Shown here in pieces: positions 9,639-19,295 of a stretch of 64,000 bases of DNA. Location: assembly GCA_000146465.1 (NCBI GenBank), contig CP001942.1, one strand, 5' to 3'. The position numbers and the translations under genes were made by a program. The notes beneath the pieces are model-generated. The model worked only from the letters and a program-made list of their open reading frames with translations, was not told where the DNA came from and did not search any database. Position 1 is the stretch's first letter. Each line of letters opens with the position of its first letter.

Positions 9639-11072
9639 ATGAAAGGCATAGAGCAAAGCGATCTCTGTATCAAGATCGATCCATTGTTTAATGCATCCAT
9701 GAAGACATCGGCAACTATATATGTTGATGAGGAGCTGAGGAAACCTTTGATTGAAGAGTTGGATGCTGGGGTGGCTCTGTCTTCTATTTCTCAGATATCT
9801 GATGTCTGCTCTCTACCAGGACTCATTGGAGATGTCATAGGATTGCCAGACATACACACTGGGTATGGATTTCCAATAGGATCTGTTGCTGCATTCGACA
9901 TCAACAATCCCGAGTCGGTGGTAAGTCCTGGAGGGGTTGGATATGACATCAACTGTGGAGTTAGAGCATTGAGGGCCAACCTCGACATAGACCACTTTAG
10001 AGCTTGTGCGGAATCTCTTGCTGATGAACTCTTCAATATAATACCCACTGGAGTAGGAAATGATAAAGGATCAAGAATTGAAATGAGTACGTTGAATTCC
10101 ATCCTGGATCTCGGGTTAAGTCATCTGCTGAAATCAAAGGAGATATGTGATGAGGATGTGGAATATTGCGAAAGCAGGGGATATATGGATGGAAACAGCC
10201 GTCTTATTGGACAGAAATCAAAGGGGAGGGGATTGAATCAACTTGGGACTCTTGGGTCTGGAAATCATTATCTAGAGGTTCAATATGTCGACGAGGTGTA
10301 TGACACAGAGAAGGCAGAAATAATGGGCATAAGGAAAGGACAGATAATTGTGATGATCCACACAGGAAGCCGTGGTCTTGGACATGGAGTATGCCACAAT
10401 TCTCTAATGAAGATGGCGGGAATGGCGCCTGACTATGGCCAGCTTGCATGTTCCCGTTTCAACTCGGAGGAATCCCAAGAGTATCTTCTTTCGATGGGAT
10501 GTGCGGCAAACTTTGCCTTTGCTAACAGAGCGATGATAACCAAGAGTGCTAGGAAGGCGTTTGAAAAGGTGTTTCCAGGCTCGAGGCTTGAGCTGATTTA
10601 TGATGTTTGCCACAATATTGCAAAGAAAGAGAAGCATAGAGTCCATGGGAAAGAATACGATGTTCTCGTGCACAGAAAAGGAGCTTCCAGGGCATTTCCT
10701 CCATTCCATGCAGACATTCCGTGGAAATACAAAGAAATAGGACAGCCAGTGATAGTAGGGGGATCGATGGGAACATACAGCTACATTCTGTGTGGATCGG
10801 AGAAGTCCATGGAGTTGAGTTTTGGATCAACATGCCATGGGGCAGGACGTGTCCTTTCTAGAAGCAGGTCAAAGGATTTATTTACTCAAGAGAGCGTGCG
10901 TGATCTTCTAAGGAGTCAAGACATAGTATTTAGGTGTGCAAGCAGCCCTGGAATGGTTGAAGAATCGCCTGGCTGCTACAAAGATGTCAATAGAGTTGTT
11001 AATCTAAGCGACGCAATCGGACTAACGAAGAAGGTTTGCCGTTTAAAGCCGTGCCTGGTCATTAAAGGCTAA
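9639..11072 (+). CDS. RTCB: RNA 3'-phosphate ligase RtcB (tRNA-splicing ligase, HSPC117 family)
   Basis: 477 aa. Conserved metal and GTP-binding blocks are present: GYDINCGVRAL, NHYLEVQ, HTGSRGLGH and STCHGAGR. Confidence 0.9.
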   Translation: MKGIEQSDLCIKIDPLFNASMKTSATIYVDEELRKPLIEELDAGVALSSISQISDVCSLPGLIGDVIGLPDIHTGYGFPIGSVAAFDINNPESVVSPGGVGYDINCGVRALRANLDIDHFRACAESLADELFNIIPTGVGNDKGSRIEMSTLNSILDLGLSHLLKSKEICDEDVEYCESRGYMDGNSRLIGQKSKGRGLNQLGTLGSGNHYLEVQYVDEVYDTEKAEIMGIRKGQIIVMIHTGSRGLGHGVCHNSLMKMAGMAPDYGQLACSRFNSEESQEYLLSMGCAANFAFANRAMITKSARKAFEKVFPGSRLELIYDVCHNIAKKEKHRVHGKEYDVLVHRKGASRAFPPFHADIPWKYKEIGQPVIVGGSMGTYSYILCGSEKSMELSFGSTCHGAGRVLSRSRSKDLFTQESVRDLLRSQDIVFRCASSPGMVEESPGCYKDVNRVVNLSDAIGLTKKVCRLKPCLVIKG

Positions 11073-11079
11073 ACAATAG

Positions 11080-12477
11080 CTACTCCGTCTTGTTATTGAT
11101 TCTTTTTAAGAGTTTCTCCATGGATAGCATCGGAAGCTTTTTTCTTTTACTGCTAAGAAGTGCTGGTAATGGCCATAGAATAGAATCCTCGTAGTTACTG
11201 GTGGCGCTGTCTTCTACAACACGAGCATCGCTTATTATGCGACTCTTCAACGTGTAAGGGTCGTAGTTGTAGTATGTAAGATATGCAGCCATGACTCCTG
11301 TGGTGTGTGGAGCAGCCATGGATGTCCCGGAAACAATCTTTTGGGTTCCCCCTGTCCAGGAGCTGAGTATGTCTACACCAGGAGCAAAGATGTTCACACA
11401 CTCTCCAAAGTTGCTGAAGAACGCAATGGTATCTCTGTATGTCGACGCGCCTGTTGTTATGCTTGCCTTCGAAGATCCAGGTGAGAAGTCGCATGCATCC
11501 TCATGCTCGTTTCCTGCAGCAGTCGAAAAGTGGATTCCTAGCTTCGATGCATACTCAATTGCAAAGTTGAGTGCAGCGTTCCTGAATCCTCCAACACTGA
11601 GGTTAACAATTGTTTTTGGTTGCAAGGCCTTCTCTGAAACAATGTCTACCAGGTGCTGTATTGAAGGAGGTTCAGGGCGGATGAAGGAAAAGCTCTCGGA
11701 GCCATCTATCTCCACCTCAATATCAGAAGACCCGCTGGAATTGAGATACTTATCTGCTGCAGCTTCATAGAGTTTGTCTTTTTTCCTTTCATGCTCCTTA
11801 ATGACAAAGTCCACTCCTTGCAGAAGCCTCGAAGTCATCCCAGATCCATACTTGTCAAGAACCTTGACGGCTATGATCTTTGACTCCTTGGATATTCCAA
11901 AGTTCTTCCCGCCAATCACTCCTGCGCAATGTGTTCCATGCCCATGGTCATCTCCATCCTGGCTTTCTGGGACAAAGTTGGCACCCCATCTGGCTCTTCC
12001 TTCAAATTCAGGATGATCGATCTCCACCCCCGTATCCAGAACATACACGTCAACACCCTCTCCAGAGTTGACAGGATAGCAATAGCTTCTCTGGACCAAA
12101 GACATACTTCCTGCTACCCTGGCAAGGCCCCACGGTGCATGTCTTTGCATTAGAATACTGCCTTTCTCGTTGTTATTAAGGTCTCCAAGCTTCAGCCTAC
12201 TGATTCTTACAGAACTATCTTCTACAACCATTTTCACATTTGGGTGTTTCCTCATTCTTTCGGCTGGAGTATCGCTCATGCGAGCTACGAATCCATTGGT
12301 CATCTTTATTCCGATGGTTTCGTTGGGGCCAAGAATCCTTTGTGCCTCCAGGATGTTTATATTGTACAATGCATTCATGGATGCCCTGTCCATTCTTGGA
12401 TCCTGATCAAACATTACAATATAATCCCTCGCTTCCTTGCACAATACTAAAGATAGAAGTGTAATTCCGAAGATCAT
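11080..12477 (-). CDS. Secreted subtilisin-like serine protease (S8, proteinase-K-like) with I9 propeptide
   Basis: 465 aa. Signal peptide MIFGITLLSLVLC. Catalytic-triad blocks VYVLDTGVEIDHPEF (Asp), HGTHCAGVIGG (His) and GTSMAAPHTTG (Ser). Only 7 bp separate its stop from the RtcB stop (convergent). Confidence 0.9.
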   Translation of the reverse strand: MIFGITLLSLVLCKEARDYIVMFDQDPRMDRASMNALYNINILEAQRILGPNETIGIKMTNGFVARMSDTPAERMRKHPNVKMVVEDSSVRISRLKLGDLNNNEKGSILMQRHAPWGLARVAGSMSLVQRSYCYPVNSGEGVDVYVLDTGVEIDHPEFEGRARWGANFVPESQDGDDHGHGTHCAGVIGGKNFGISKESKIIAVKVLDKYGSGMTSRLLQGVDFVIKEHERKKDKLYEAAADKYLNSSGSSDIEVEIDGSESFSFIRPEPPSIQHLVDIVSEKALQPKTIVNLSVGGFRNAALNFAIEYASKLGIHFSTAAGNEHEDACDFSPGSSKASITTGASTYRDTIAFFSNFGECVNIFAPGVDILSSWTGGTQKIVSGTSMAAPHTTGVMAAYLTYYNYDPYTLKSRIISDARVVEDSATSNYEDSILWPLPALLSSKRKKLPMLSMEKLLKRINNKTE

Positions 12478-12536
12478 TTTACTCTTTAATATTTATTTCG
12501 TCTCATATTTATTCCTTGCCTGAAACGTACGTTTGG

Positions 12537-13661
12537 TTAGTCACAGCAAGAGTCTACAGTTCTGCTTATGCCTCTGTCAATTACCAACTCCTTGGTGGAC
12601 CTTCGTCTTGTCTTCTCTTGGCTTAAGATCTTCCTCACTTCGTCCCGGAGTTTGTCTTTTATTTTGTACAGGTAGCAATCAACAGCCAGGTTCTGAAACA
12701 CCTCAATCAAATCTTTGAACGTTCTGATTCCATAAACCTTTGTAATTTGGATAAACCTCGACTTCAGTAATGTAGAAGAAAATCTCACATATAATTTTAT
12801 GGTTCTCCAGAAAATATCCTCGACATCAATTGGAATGTCCAGTGTATAACTGTCCAGCCTTGGAATTAGCTTGGAGATTTCTTCTTTTATCCTTTCTCGC
12901 CCCACCGTCTCCTCCCCTTCAATGCCACTTTCATCTATAAGCTTAAGAATTTCGGAAATCTGTATCCCGATTGAGCAGAAGTGGTTGTGCAATATAACAT
13001 AGCCCATAAGCGCCATGTTGTTGTATTCGTTCCAGAAGGGCACAACAAGTTTGCTTGATATGTATCCGTTTATCAAGTGCGACAGTCTTTTTCGGGTGGT
13101 CTTGAGCTTCTCACACATTCCATCCCACTCTTCATCCGTAGTTGGAATCCCCTCCTCAGGCATCTTGAAGCTTTTCCTATACAAGTAGCCAAATCCCATT
13201 ATTCTATAGTACTTGGAAATGCACTTTCTAGAGGTCTTGTTCATTATCCCGCATATCTTCTTCCACTTGAATCCAAAGATTCTGACAAGATTCAGAAGCT
13301 GAATTTCGTTCTCGGGCTCCCATTTTGAATCAATGTATGGATGGTAGTGGTAGGAAACATAGACCCATAAGGAATTCATTGTTCTTTGCTTCAGTGCATT
13401 GCTCACTTCAATCAAGAGCTCTCGGATTGGGAACTCCGGCTCCTCCTCGAGAAAAAAACTATACAAGTTCTTCATCTCCATCTTGTTCTCCTTCAGAAAC
13501 TTTTGTATGGCCGAGTCAACCACTTTGGCTTCATAAGAGTTGTAGCATCCCCTCTTCATAGATATGTTGTATTTCTTCATGATCTCCTTGACCTCATGCG
13601 CATCTGTGAACTTTGTCCGTAGATGGTTTTCGGCCTCTTCCTTAGTCCTAAAGATATGCAT
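12537..13661 (-). CDS. Myb/SANT-like DNA-binding domain protein (transcription factor-like)
   Basis: 374 aa. One Myb-like repeat, WEPENEIQLLNLVRIFGFKWKKICGIMNKTSRKCISKYYRI. The rest has no recognisable catalytic motifs. Confidence 0.4.
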   Translation of the reverse strand: MHIFRTKEEAENHLRTKFTDAHEVKEIMKKYNISMKRGCYNSYEAKVVDSAIQKFLKENKMEMKNLYSFFLEEEPEFPIRELLIEVSNALKQRTMNSLWVYVSYHYHPYIDSKWEPENEIQLLNLVRIFGFKWKKICGIMNKTSRKCISKYYRIMGFGYLYRKSFKMPEEGIPTTDEEWDGMCEKLKTTRKRLSHLINGYISSKLVVPFWNEYNNMALMGYVILHNHFCSIGIQISEILKLIDESGIEGEETVGRERIKEEISKLIPRLDSYTLDIPIDVEDIFWRTIKLYVRFSSTLLKSRFIQITKVYGIRTFKDLIEVFQNLAVDCYLYKIKDKLRDEVRKILSQEKTRRRSTKELVIDRGISRTVDSCCD

Positions 13662-13674
13662 GGGTGCAGCACCA

Positions 13675-14262
13675 TCATTTCTTTAATACGACCGACTTTA
13701 TTTCCTCAACCAACGCCCTGTTCACCCTCACTCCAAAAAAGCATTCAAAGAGACTAAGTTCCTCATCGTCTAGAACACTCAATGCAACCATTTCCGGCTC
13801 ATACACCCCATTGAAGTATTTGATGAGATTTACTCTTCCATCTCCATGCACCTCGTCCAAAACAACAAGCTTCTTTAAGACATCTACATTCAGTGTCTTC
13901 CCAATCCTCAAAAGGAAGAATTGAGCAGGCCTAATGTTGAACTGGAACTCGATAAGCTCGATCACCTTGCACTCAATGGCTATAAGACGCTCCCTGGGGG
14001 GAATTGTGCCCGCATGTGTGGCTCTGGGCATTGCCTCAAGAATGGCTTCCAGCTTTATTAACGTTTCGTTGATTTTGGATGCCAAGTAAACACAGACAAG
14101 AACAACTATGTTGTAGCTCTCCTTCCTGAAGAGCTTTGGATATGTCTGCTGGAATATTATCTGGGATATTATCTTGGATCTATATGGGATCGAGAGGAGC
14201 TTTGAAAGATTCAGGATTGTTTTGTTTCCTTCGGCAATATCGTTTTTGAGCATGGATTCCAT
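13675..14262 (-). CDS. Cyclin-like protein (cyclin box; C/H/Pho80-like class)
   Basis: 195 aa. Cyclin-fold signature around IVVLVCVYLASKINE and a helical repeat organisation. Weak similarity only. Confidence 0.4.
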   Translation of the reverse strand: MESMLKNDIAEGNKTILNLSKLLSIPYRSKIISQIIFQQTYPKLFRKESYNIVVLVCVYLASKINETLIKLEAILEAMPRATHAGTIPPRERLIAIECKVIELIEFQFNIRPAQFFLLRIGKTLNVDVLKKLVVLDEVHGDGRVNLIKYFNGVYEPEMVALSVLDDEELSLFECFFGVRVNRALVEEIKSVVLKK

Positions 14263-14297
14263 GGCAGGGATTTGATGGATTTTTATCTATCCCTTGG

Positions 14298-17200
14298 ATG
14301 TTCATCAAGGAGATAGTTCTCGATGGGTTTAAATGCTATGAGGAAAAAGTGGTGGTAGCCAATCTCGACAGATCGTTCAATGCAGTAACTGGGATGAATG
14401 GATCTGGGAAGTCCAATGTACTTGACGGGATCCTGTTTGCTCTTGGGCTTGAAGGTACAAAGGCGCTGCGTGCGAACAACATCAAGGAGCTTATCAATAG
14501 CAACAGAAAGGAATGTAAGGTAAGTGTTGTGATGTGTAACAAAGAAAAGGCGAGGAGTCCACCTGGGTACGAACATTATGATGAGATTTGTGTTTCCCGG
14601 GCGATTGATAGTGAGGGAAGAACAAAATGCTATATAAATAATCACCTTTGTACCTTTTCGACGCTGAGCAAGCTGTGCGGGTCGATGGGCCTCACGTCCC
14701 GGGGATCTTTTTCTTCTGTTGTGATGCAAGGGCACATAACAAAAGTTCTGAGTATGAAGAGCTCTGATCTCCGGGGGCTTATTGAAGAGACAGCAGGAAC
14801 AAAGTCCTATGAGAAGGAGAAAGAGAAGGCAATGAGTATGATTGAGAAGAAAGAAGAGAAACTTAGAGAGGCCCAGGAGATGCTGAAGAGAAGGATATCG
14901 CCGTTTTACGACAAGCTTCGGGAGGAAAGAGCAAGGTTTCTGGAGACCCGAGACCTGAAGGAAAGGAAGAGGATTCTGTCGCAAAGGGAACAGGAAGTTA
15001 AAGAGATCCTGGTTGTGGATGAGGTTCGGGAAGAGATAGATGTTCTAGACAGGAGCTTAAGAAGTTATATTGAAGAGATGAAGAGCTTGGAACTGATTGA
15101 GAAAAGAATAGAGGAGATTTCGGGAGCAAAGGAGGAAGTGGATATTGTGTGGATTAAGGCATCTATTGATGGAGAAAAGTTGAAATTGGATGAGATGAAG
15201 GGCAAAGGATTGGAAGAAAGACTTTTAAAGAAGAAGGAAGAAGTAAGGATGATGGAAGGATTGAGGCCAGGCCTAGAGCTTGCTAGACTTGTTGAGAGGG
15301 AAAGATTGCTTGCGGAGAGCTTAAGAAGAATGGACACTGGGGAAAACGATGTCCTGAGAAAAGCTGAAGAACTTACATCTCTTAAATTACAGAGGTCCCG
15401 AATTGAATTTGAGTTTAACTCAATCTCAGAGGGAGTTTTCTCTCAGGAGAGATTAGACGAGATTGAGAGGATTAAAGTCTCTGAAGAGGAGATTGAGGAG
15501 CTTCGGAAGAAGGCACAAGTACTAAGGTCTAAAATCAACTATCCTCTTGTTGAAGGGGTTTTCGGGACTGTTGAGGAGAATGTTGAGGTATGTGATGAAA
15601 GATATCTTGAGGCGGTGTATACTGTAATGGGGGCCAGGGCCAAGTATGTTATAACATCGGACGAAAAAGTTGGGGGCCTTCTACTGAGCACTGCAGAGAG
15701 GAGTGTGAGCGTAATACCACTTTCGAAGATAAGGGTGTTTTGCCTCTCGGCAAGTGTTTTGAAAGAGATAGAATCGAGAGGAGGTGTGAGTATGGTCAAC
15801 CTTTTGAGATTTGACAACAGTGTTCGAAAGGCCATTGAGTTTGTATTTGGTAACTTCTTTATGTTTGAAAGCAAGGAGATGGCTAGAAAAGTCTGTTTTG
15901 AGCAGAAGGTGATGTGTGTAACCATTGATGGAACTGTATATGATCCAAAAGGAACACTTAGTGGAGGAAAGACGAGCTTCAAGATTGGTACTGTACGAAG
16001 AAAGGATGTGGAGGAGATAGAAAGGCTTGTTGAGTCTCTGGAGTTGAATAGAAGGAAGTTTGAGGCACTGAAGGAGGAATATGCAAGGTTATTGAGGGGG
16101 AAGGTCTTGGATGAGAGAAGGTTAAAGCTTAAAAAGGAGATGGGGTCTCTGGATACACGGATCTCCGTTTTGTCTGATCTGTGCGAGGATGGAATGAACA
16201 TCAGAGAGGAATTAAGGGTTGTACGAGAAAAGATAGTTGAAGGAATGAAGGAGAAGAGCAAAGCGGATATTATTGAAGAAAAGAAGAAGAAGTTAGAGTC
16301 CCAAATAAGAGAAATGGAGTTGGAGATCAAACAGAACCAAGAGGAGATGAGAAGGTGTGAAGAAAGGATCTTGTCCTACGAAAAGATGCTTGGGAAACAT
16401 GATGTTGAGAATGACAACAGAAGGATGAGCGAACGAGAGATGGATGGGCTTGAGTCCAAGCAAAGACACTTGATTAGAAGTACTGGAAAGCTACAAAACA
16501 AGATTGCAAAGATTTATAATGATGTTGAGAGGAAGCTTAGACAAACTCTTAATGGTGAGGAGGAACACATATATGAAGACAGAGTACTTGATGAAGAGAT
16601 CTATAAGACTGCCGAATCCATTGGAGTTAATCCTAGATATCTTTTAATCCGAAAGCAAAACATGGCAGAGAAAGAACGACTTGAATTGGTGGAGGAGCTG
16701 GAGATGATTAGAAGTGAAATGAAGAGGCTAAGCAGCATGAAGAAAAGTACGATGGACCCGGCGAACTTTGATCTTCTGGAGCGGAACGAACTGATGATCG
16801 AGGATCTAAAGGTGAAGATCGACAAGCTGGAAAAAGACAGGCTTGCGATTATACAAAGCATCTCAAGATTTGATGATCTAGGATATAAGGAGAATCTGAA
16901 AGCGTTCCACCACATCAATGGAAGATTGGGAAGGTTTCTTAGATACTTCATACCAGAGTCGGATGCAAGGATCGATGAAAACAATGGAGAGTATTCCTTA
17001 AGAGTCAAGATAGGAAACTGGAAGGAGTCTTTGGGAGAGCTTAGCGGGGGGCAGAGATCTCTTGTAGCTCTTTGTCTAATATTTTCCATGCTTACATACA
17101 GACCATCCTCATTTTATATTTTCGACGAGATTGATTCTGCATTGGACCTAAGCTATACACAAGGAATTGGAGAGATCATAAGGAACGAGTTTAGCAATGC

Positions 17201-17306
17201 CCAGTTCATAGTGGTATCCCTAAAGAATGGGATGTTTGACAATGCAAATAACATATTCAAGGTGTATCTACAGGATGGAAAGTCGAGGATATGTAGAATA
17301 AAGTGA
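14298..17306 (+). CDS. SMC2: Condensin subunit SMC2 (structural maintenance of chromosomes), shortened coiled-coil arms
   Basis: 1002 aa. N-terminal Walker A GMNGSGKSNVLDGILF. VMQGHITKVLSMKSSD matches the SMC2-specific IMQGRITKVLNMKP block. C-terminal signature LSGGQRSLVALCLIFSML and Walker B YIFDEIDSALD. A long coiled coil and hinge lie between them. Confidence 0.85.
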   Translation: MFIKEIVLDGFKCYEEKVVVANLDRSFNAVTGMNGSGKSNVLDGILFALGLEGTKALRANNIKELINSNRKECKVSVVMCNKEKARSPPGYEHYDEICVSRAIDSEGRTKCYINNHLCTFSTLSKLCGSMGLTSRGSFSSVVMQGHITKVLSMKSSDLRGLIEETAGTKSYEKEKEKAMSMIEKKEEKLREAQEMLKRRISPFYDKLREERARFLETRDLKERKRILSQREQEVKEILVVDEVREEIDVLDRSLRSYIEEMKSLELIEKRIEEISGAKEEVDIVWIKASIDGEKLKLDEMKGKGLEERLLKKKEEVRMMEGLRPGLELARLVERERLLAESLRRMDTGENDVLRKAEELTSLKLQRSRIEFEFNSISEGVFSQERLDEIERIKVSEEEIEELRKKAQVLRSKINYPLVEGVFGTVEENVEVCDERYLEAVYTVMGARAKYVITSDEKVGGLLLSTAERSVSVIPLSKIRVFCLSASVLKEIESRGGVSMVNLLRFDNSVRKAIEFVFGNFFMFESKEMARKVCFEQKVMCVTIDGTVYDPKGTLSGGKTSFKIGTVRRKDVEEIERLVESLELNRRKFEALKEEYARLLRGKVLDERRLKLKKEMGSLDTRISVLSDLCEDGMNIREELRVVREKIVEGMKEKSKADIIEEKKKKLESQIREMELEIKQNQEEMRRCEERILSYEKMLGKHDVENDNRRMSEREMDGLESKQRHLIRSTGKLQNKIAKIYNDVERKLRQTLNGEEEHIYEDRVLDEEIYKTAESIGVNPRYLLIRKQNMAEKERLELVEELEMIRSEMKRLSSMKKSTMDPANFDLLERNELMIEDLKVKIDKLEKDRLAIIQSISRFDDLGYKENLKAFHHINGRLGRFLRYFIPESDARIDENNGEYSLRVKIGNWKESLGELSGGQRSLVALCLIFSMLTYRPSSFYIFDEIDSALDLSYTQGIGEIIRNEFSNAQFIVVSLKNGMFDNANNIFKVYLQDGKSRICRIK

Positions 17307-17338
17307 CGATTGCATGGAATTAAAATATTTTATAGTCT

Positions 17339-19228
17339 ATGTTTGTGGATCGGAAACACCCTCAGGGAATGAATGAGACTATGAAAAGCGCAAAGTTTGA
17401 TCTAGACACAGGAGACAGCGATAGCCATAACTACATCCACAACGAGTCGGAAAGCTACTCTGCCGAGGATGGAAAGTACGAGGTAGGAAAGGAGGAAAAC
17501 AACGATCCATTTGAGAAGCTGAAGAGTAGTGCAGCAGACACTCTTCATCAGAGGACAGGATGGATTTTCCTGATAGGTGTTTTTCTATCCATACTTGCTG
17601 TGTGCTGCTGGAATTTTCACATGGATGTCAAAGATAGGAATGAAGCGACTTTCAGCGTCCGAGTGAGAGATGTTCTACTTGTATGTTCTGCAGGAGTGTT
17701 TTTCTTCATTGCCTTAAACTTCATTATCTTTAAGACGAGTTTTCTAGGAATGAAGAGGTCCAACAGCCTAAACACATTCTTCTACTACACCAACGAGCTC
17801 TCGGAACATATTTCTGTGGGAACCATCTTGATCTTTGGATTTTTCTTTGTGTTTCTGAAGGACTTGGACTGTTGTGTATATAACAAGCAAAGCCTTGATC
17901 TATTTCTCACTGATGTGTTTGGCAGTCTGTTGATAGCAATCTTTATGCTCGGGGTTGTAAGGGTATTCCATCGGGCCATATCGATGAATTTCAACTACTC
18001 TGTGTACATTAAGAGGATTAGAAGGGTGCTCCTGGAGGATGCATTTATCAACCTTCTTGGAGTCCTGGACACCAAGAGGAACAGGGGGATTGAGAGGTCC
18101 AGGCTGAACAAGTCCCAAGAGATTATGTACAGGAGCGATGCGATTTCGTCGATAAACGAATATATGGAGGACTTATATGGGTACAACGAGCCTACCAACG
18201 AGCTGGACCTTCCCAGAAAGAGAGTTCTTCTTAAGGAGTTTCAAAGACTCATGCGGCGTTCAAGCGGGATTCGTGGAGATGTCATGAAAATGTCCCAAAG
18301 ACTCAAGAACAGGGCAGGGAGTAAGGCAAGCAAGATAGTTGGAAAGGATGGAAGTATTGGTCCTATGTCTGATCTGTCGCTATATTTCCACAACCCAGAG
18401 GTGTTCAAATTCCTGATGAAGGAAATCGGTGTTGAAGAAGGGTTTAAATTCAGCAAAAGCAGCCTGGCGGACTTTATTGAAAGAACATACCGGGAGAGAC
18501 ACTTCTTGAAAGAGAATCTCGAGCACATGAATTCAGCCATAGACAAGGTTGCATTTGGCCTCAAAATCATAATAGGAGGACTTATTATAGCAATGATGTA
18601 CATCAGAGCAGGAGGAGAAGGAGTTACAACCATCGGAGTGATTTCTGCATTGTTTGGTACACAGTTTATATCCAACTCGTTTTCCGAGAGTGTGATTGGT
18701 AGCATAATCTTTCTATTTTTCATTCATCCGTATGACATTGGAGATCGGATCTTTGTGACTCTAGATGGAGAGGAAGAGAACTTGGTTGTATCGGAGCTGA
18801 ATGTGTTTTCGACTGTATTCTACAGATGGGATGGGGTCTACATAACAATCCTCAATACAGTGTTGGCACAGAAAGCAATCAGAAATCTTCGAAGGAGTGG
18901 AATCATGGCCGAGTCCCATAAGATTCAAGTAAACAGCAGGACTAACCAGAAGAAGTTGATCCGTTTGAAGGAACTCATAGAGGACTTTGTCAAGAGCAAC
19001 CCAGAAGACTATACAGAGTACATAATGCTAAATCATGAATTTATTTCGGATGCATCGAAGCTGCACATGAAAGTCTATATGCAGTATAAGAGCAGCTGGC
19101 AGAACTTCGAGTTATACCTCCGAAGAAAAACCAAGTTCCTGTCTTTTTTGAATAGAGCCCTCCAGGAGTTAGAGATAGAGTATATTCTGCCACCAATGCC
19201 GATTTCCTTAAGGAATGTCCAGAACTAG
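17339..19228 (+). CDS. MscS-like mechanosensitive ion channel (eukaryotic Msy-type), paralog 1
   Basis: 629 aa. Several TM helices, then the MscS beta-domain block HPYDIGDRIFVTLDGEEENLVVSELNVFSTVFYRWDGVYITILNTVLAQKAIRNLRRS. Confidence 0.8.
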   Translation: MFVDRKHPQGMNETMKSAKFDLDTGDSDSHNYIHNESESYSAEDGKYEVGKEENNDPFEKLKSSAADTLHQRTGWIFLIGVFLSILAVCCWNFHMDVKDRNEATFSVRVRDVLLVCSAGVFFFIALNFIIFKTSFLGMKRSNSLNTFFYYTNELSEHISVGTILIFGFFFVFLKDLDCCVYNKQSLDLFLTDVFGSLLIAIFMLGVVRVFHRAISMNFNYSVYIKRIRRVLLEDAFINLLGVLDTKRNRGIERSRLNKSQEIMYRSDAISSINEYMEDLYGYNEPTNELDLPRKRVLLKEFQRLMRRSSGIRGDVMKMSQRLKNRAGSKASKIVGKDGSIGPMSDLSLYFHNPEVFKFLMKEIGVEEGFKFSKSSLADFIERTYRERHFLKENLEHMNSAIDKVAFGLKIIIGGLIIAMMYIRAGGEGVTTIGVISALFGTQFISNSFSESVIGSIIFLFFIHPYDIGDRIFVTLDGEEENLVVSELNVFSTVFYRWDGVYITILNTVLAQKAIRNLRRSGIMAESHKIQVNSRTNQKKLIRLKELIEDFVKSNPEDYTEYIMLNHEFISDASKLHMKVYMQYKSSWQNFELYLRRKTKFLSFLNRALQELEIEYILPPMPISLRNVQN

Positions 19229-19295
19229 GTCGTTCTCCTCTCGAAAGGAATATGCCTTTTTGGTAAGGACCAAGAATTGAGAATAGCCCTGAGAA

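Noticed and set aside
14283-16330. Antisense ORFs inside SMC2: 14283..14984 (-, 233 aa) and the Ser/Leu-rich 15539..16330 (-, 263 aa). The Ala/Val/Thr-rich ORF 33684..34103 (-) opposite the Ser/Thr-rich surface-protein gene is similar.
   Set aside because: The sense strands are strongly purine-rich (GAA/GAG/AAG codons). Their complements are pyrimidine-rich and nearly stop-free, giving low-complexity pseudo-proteins. The sense-strand genes have strong family signatures.
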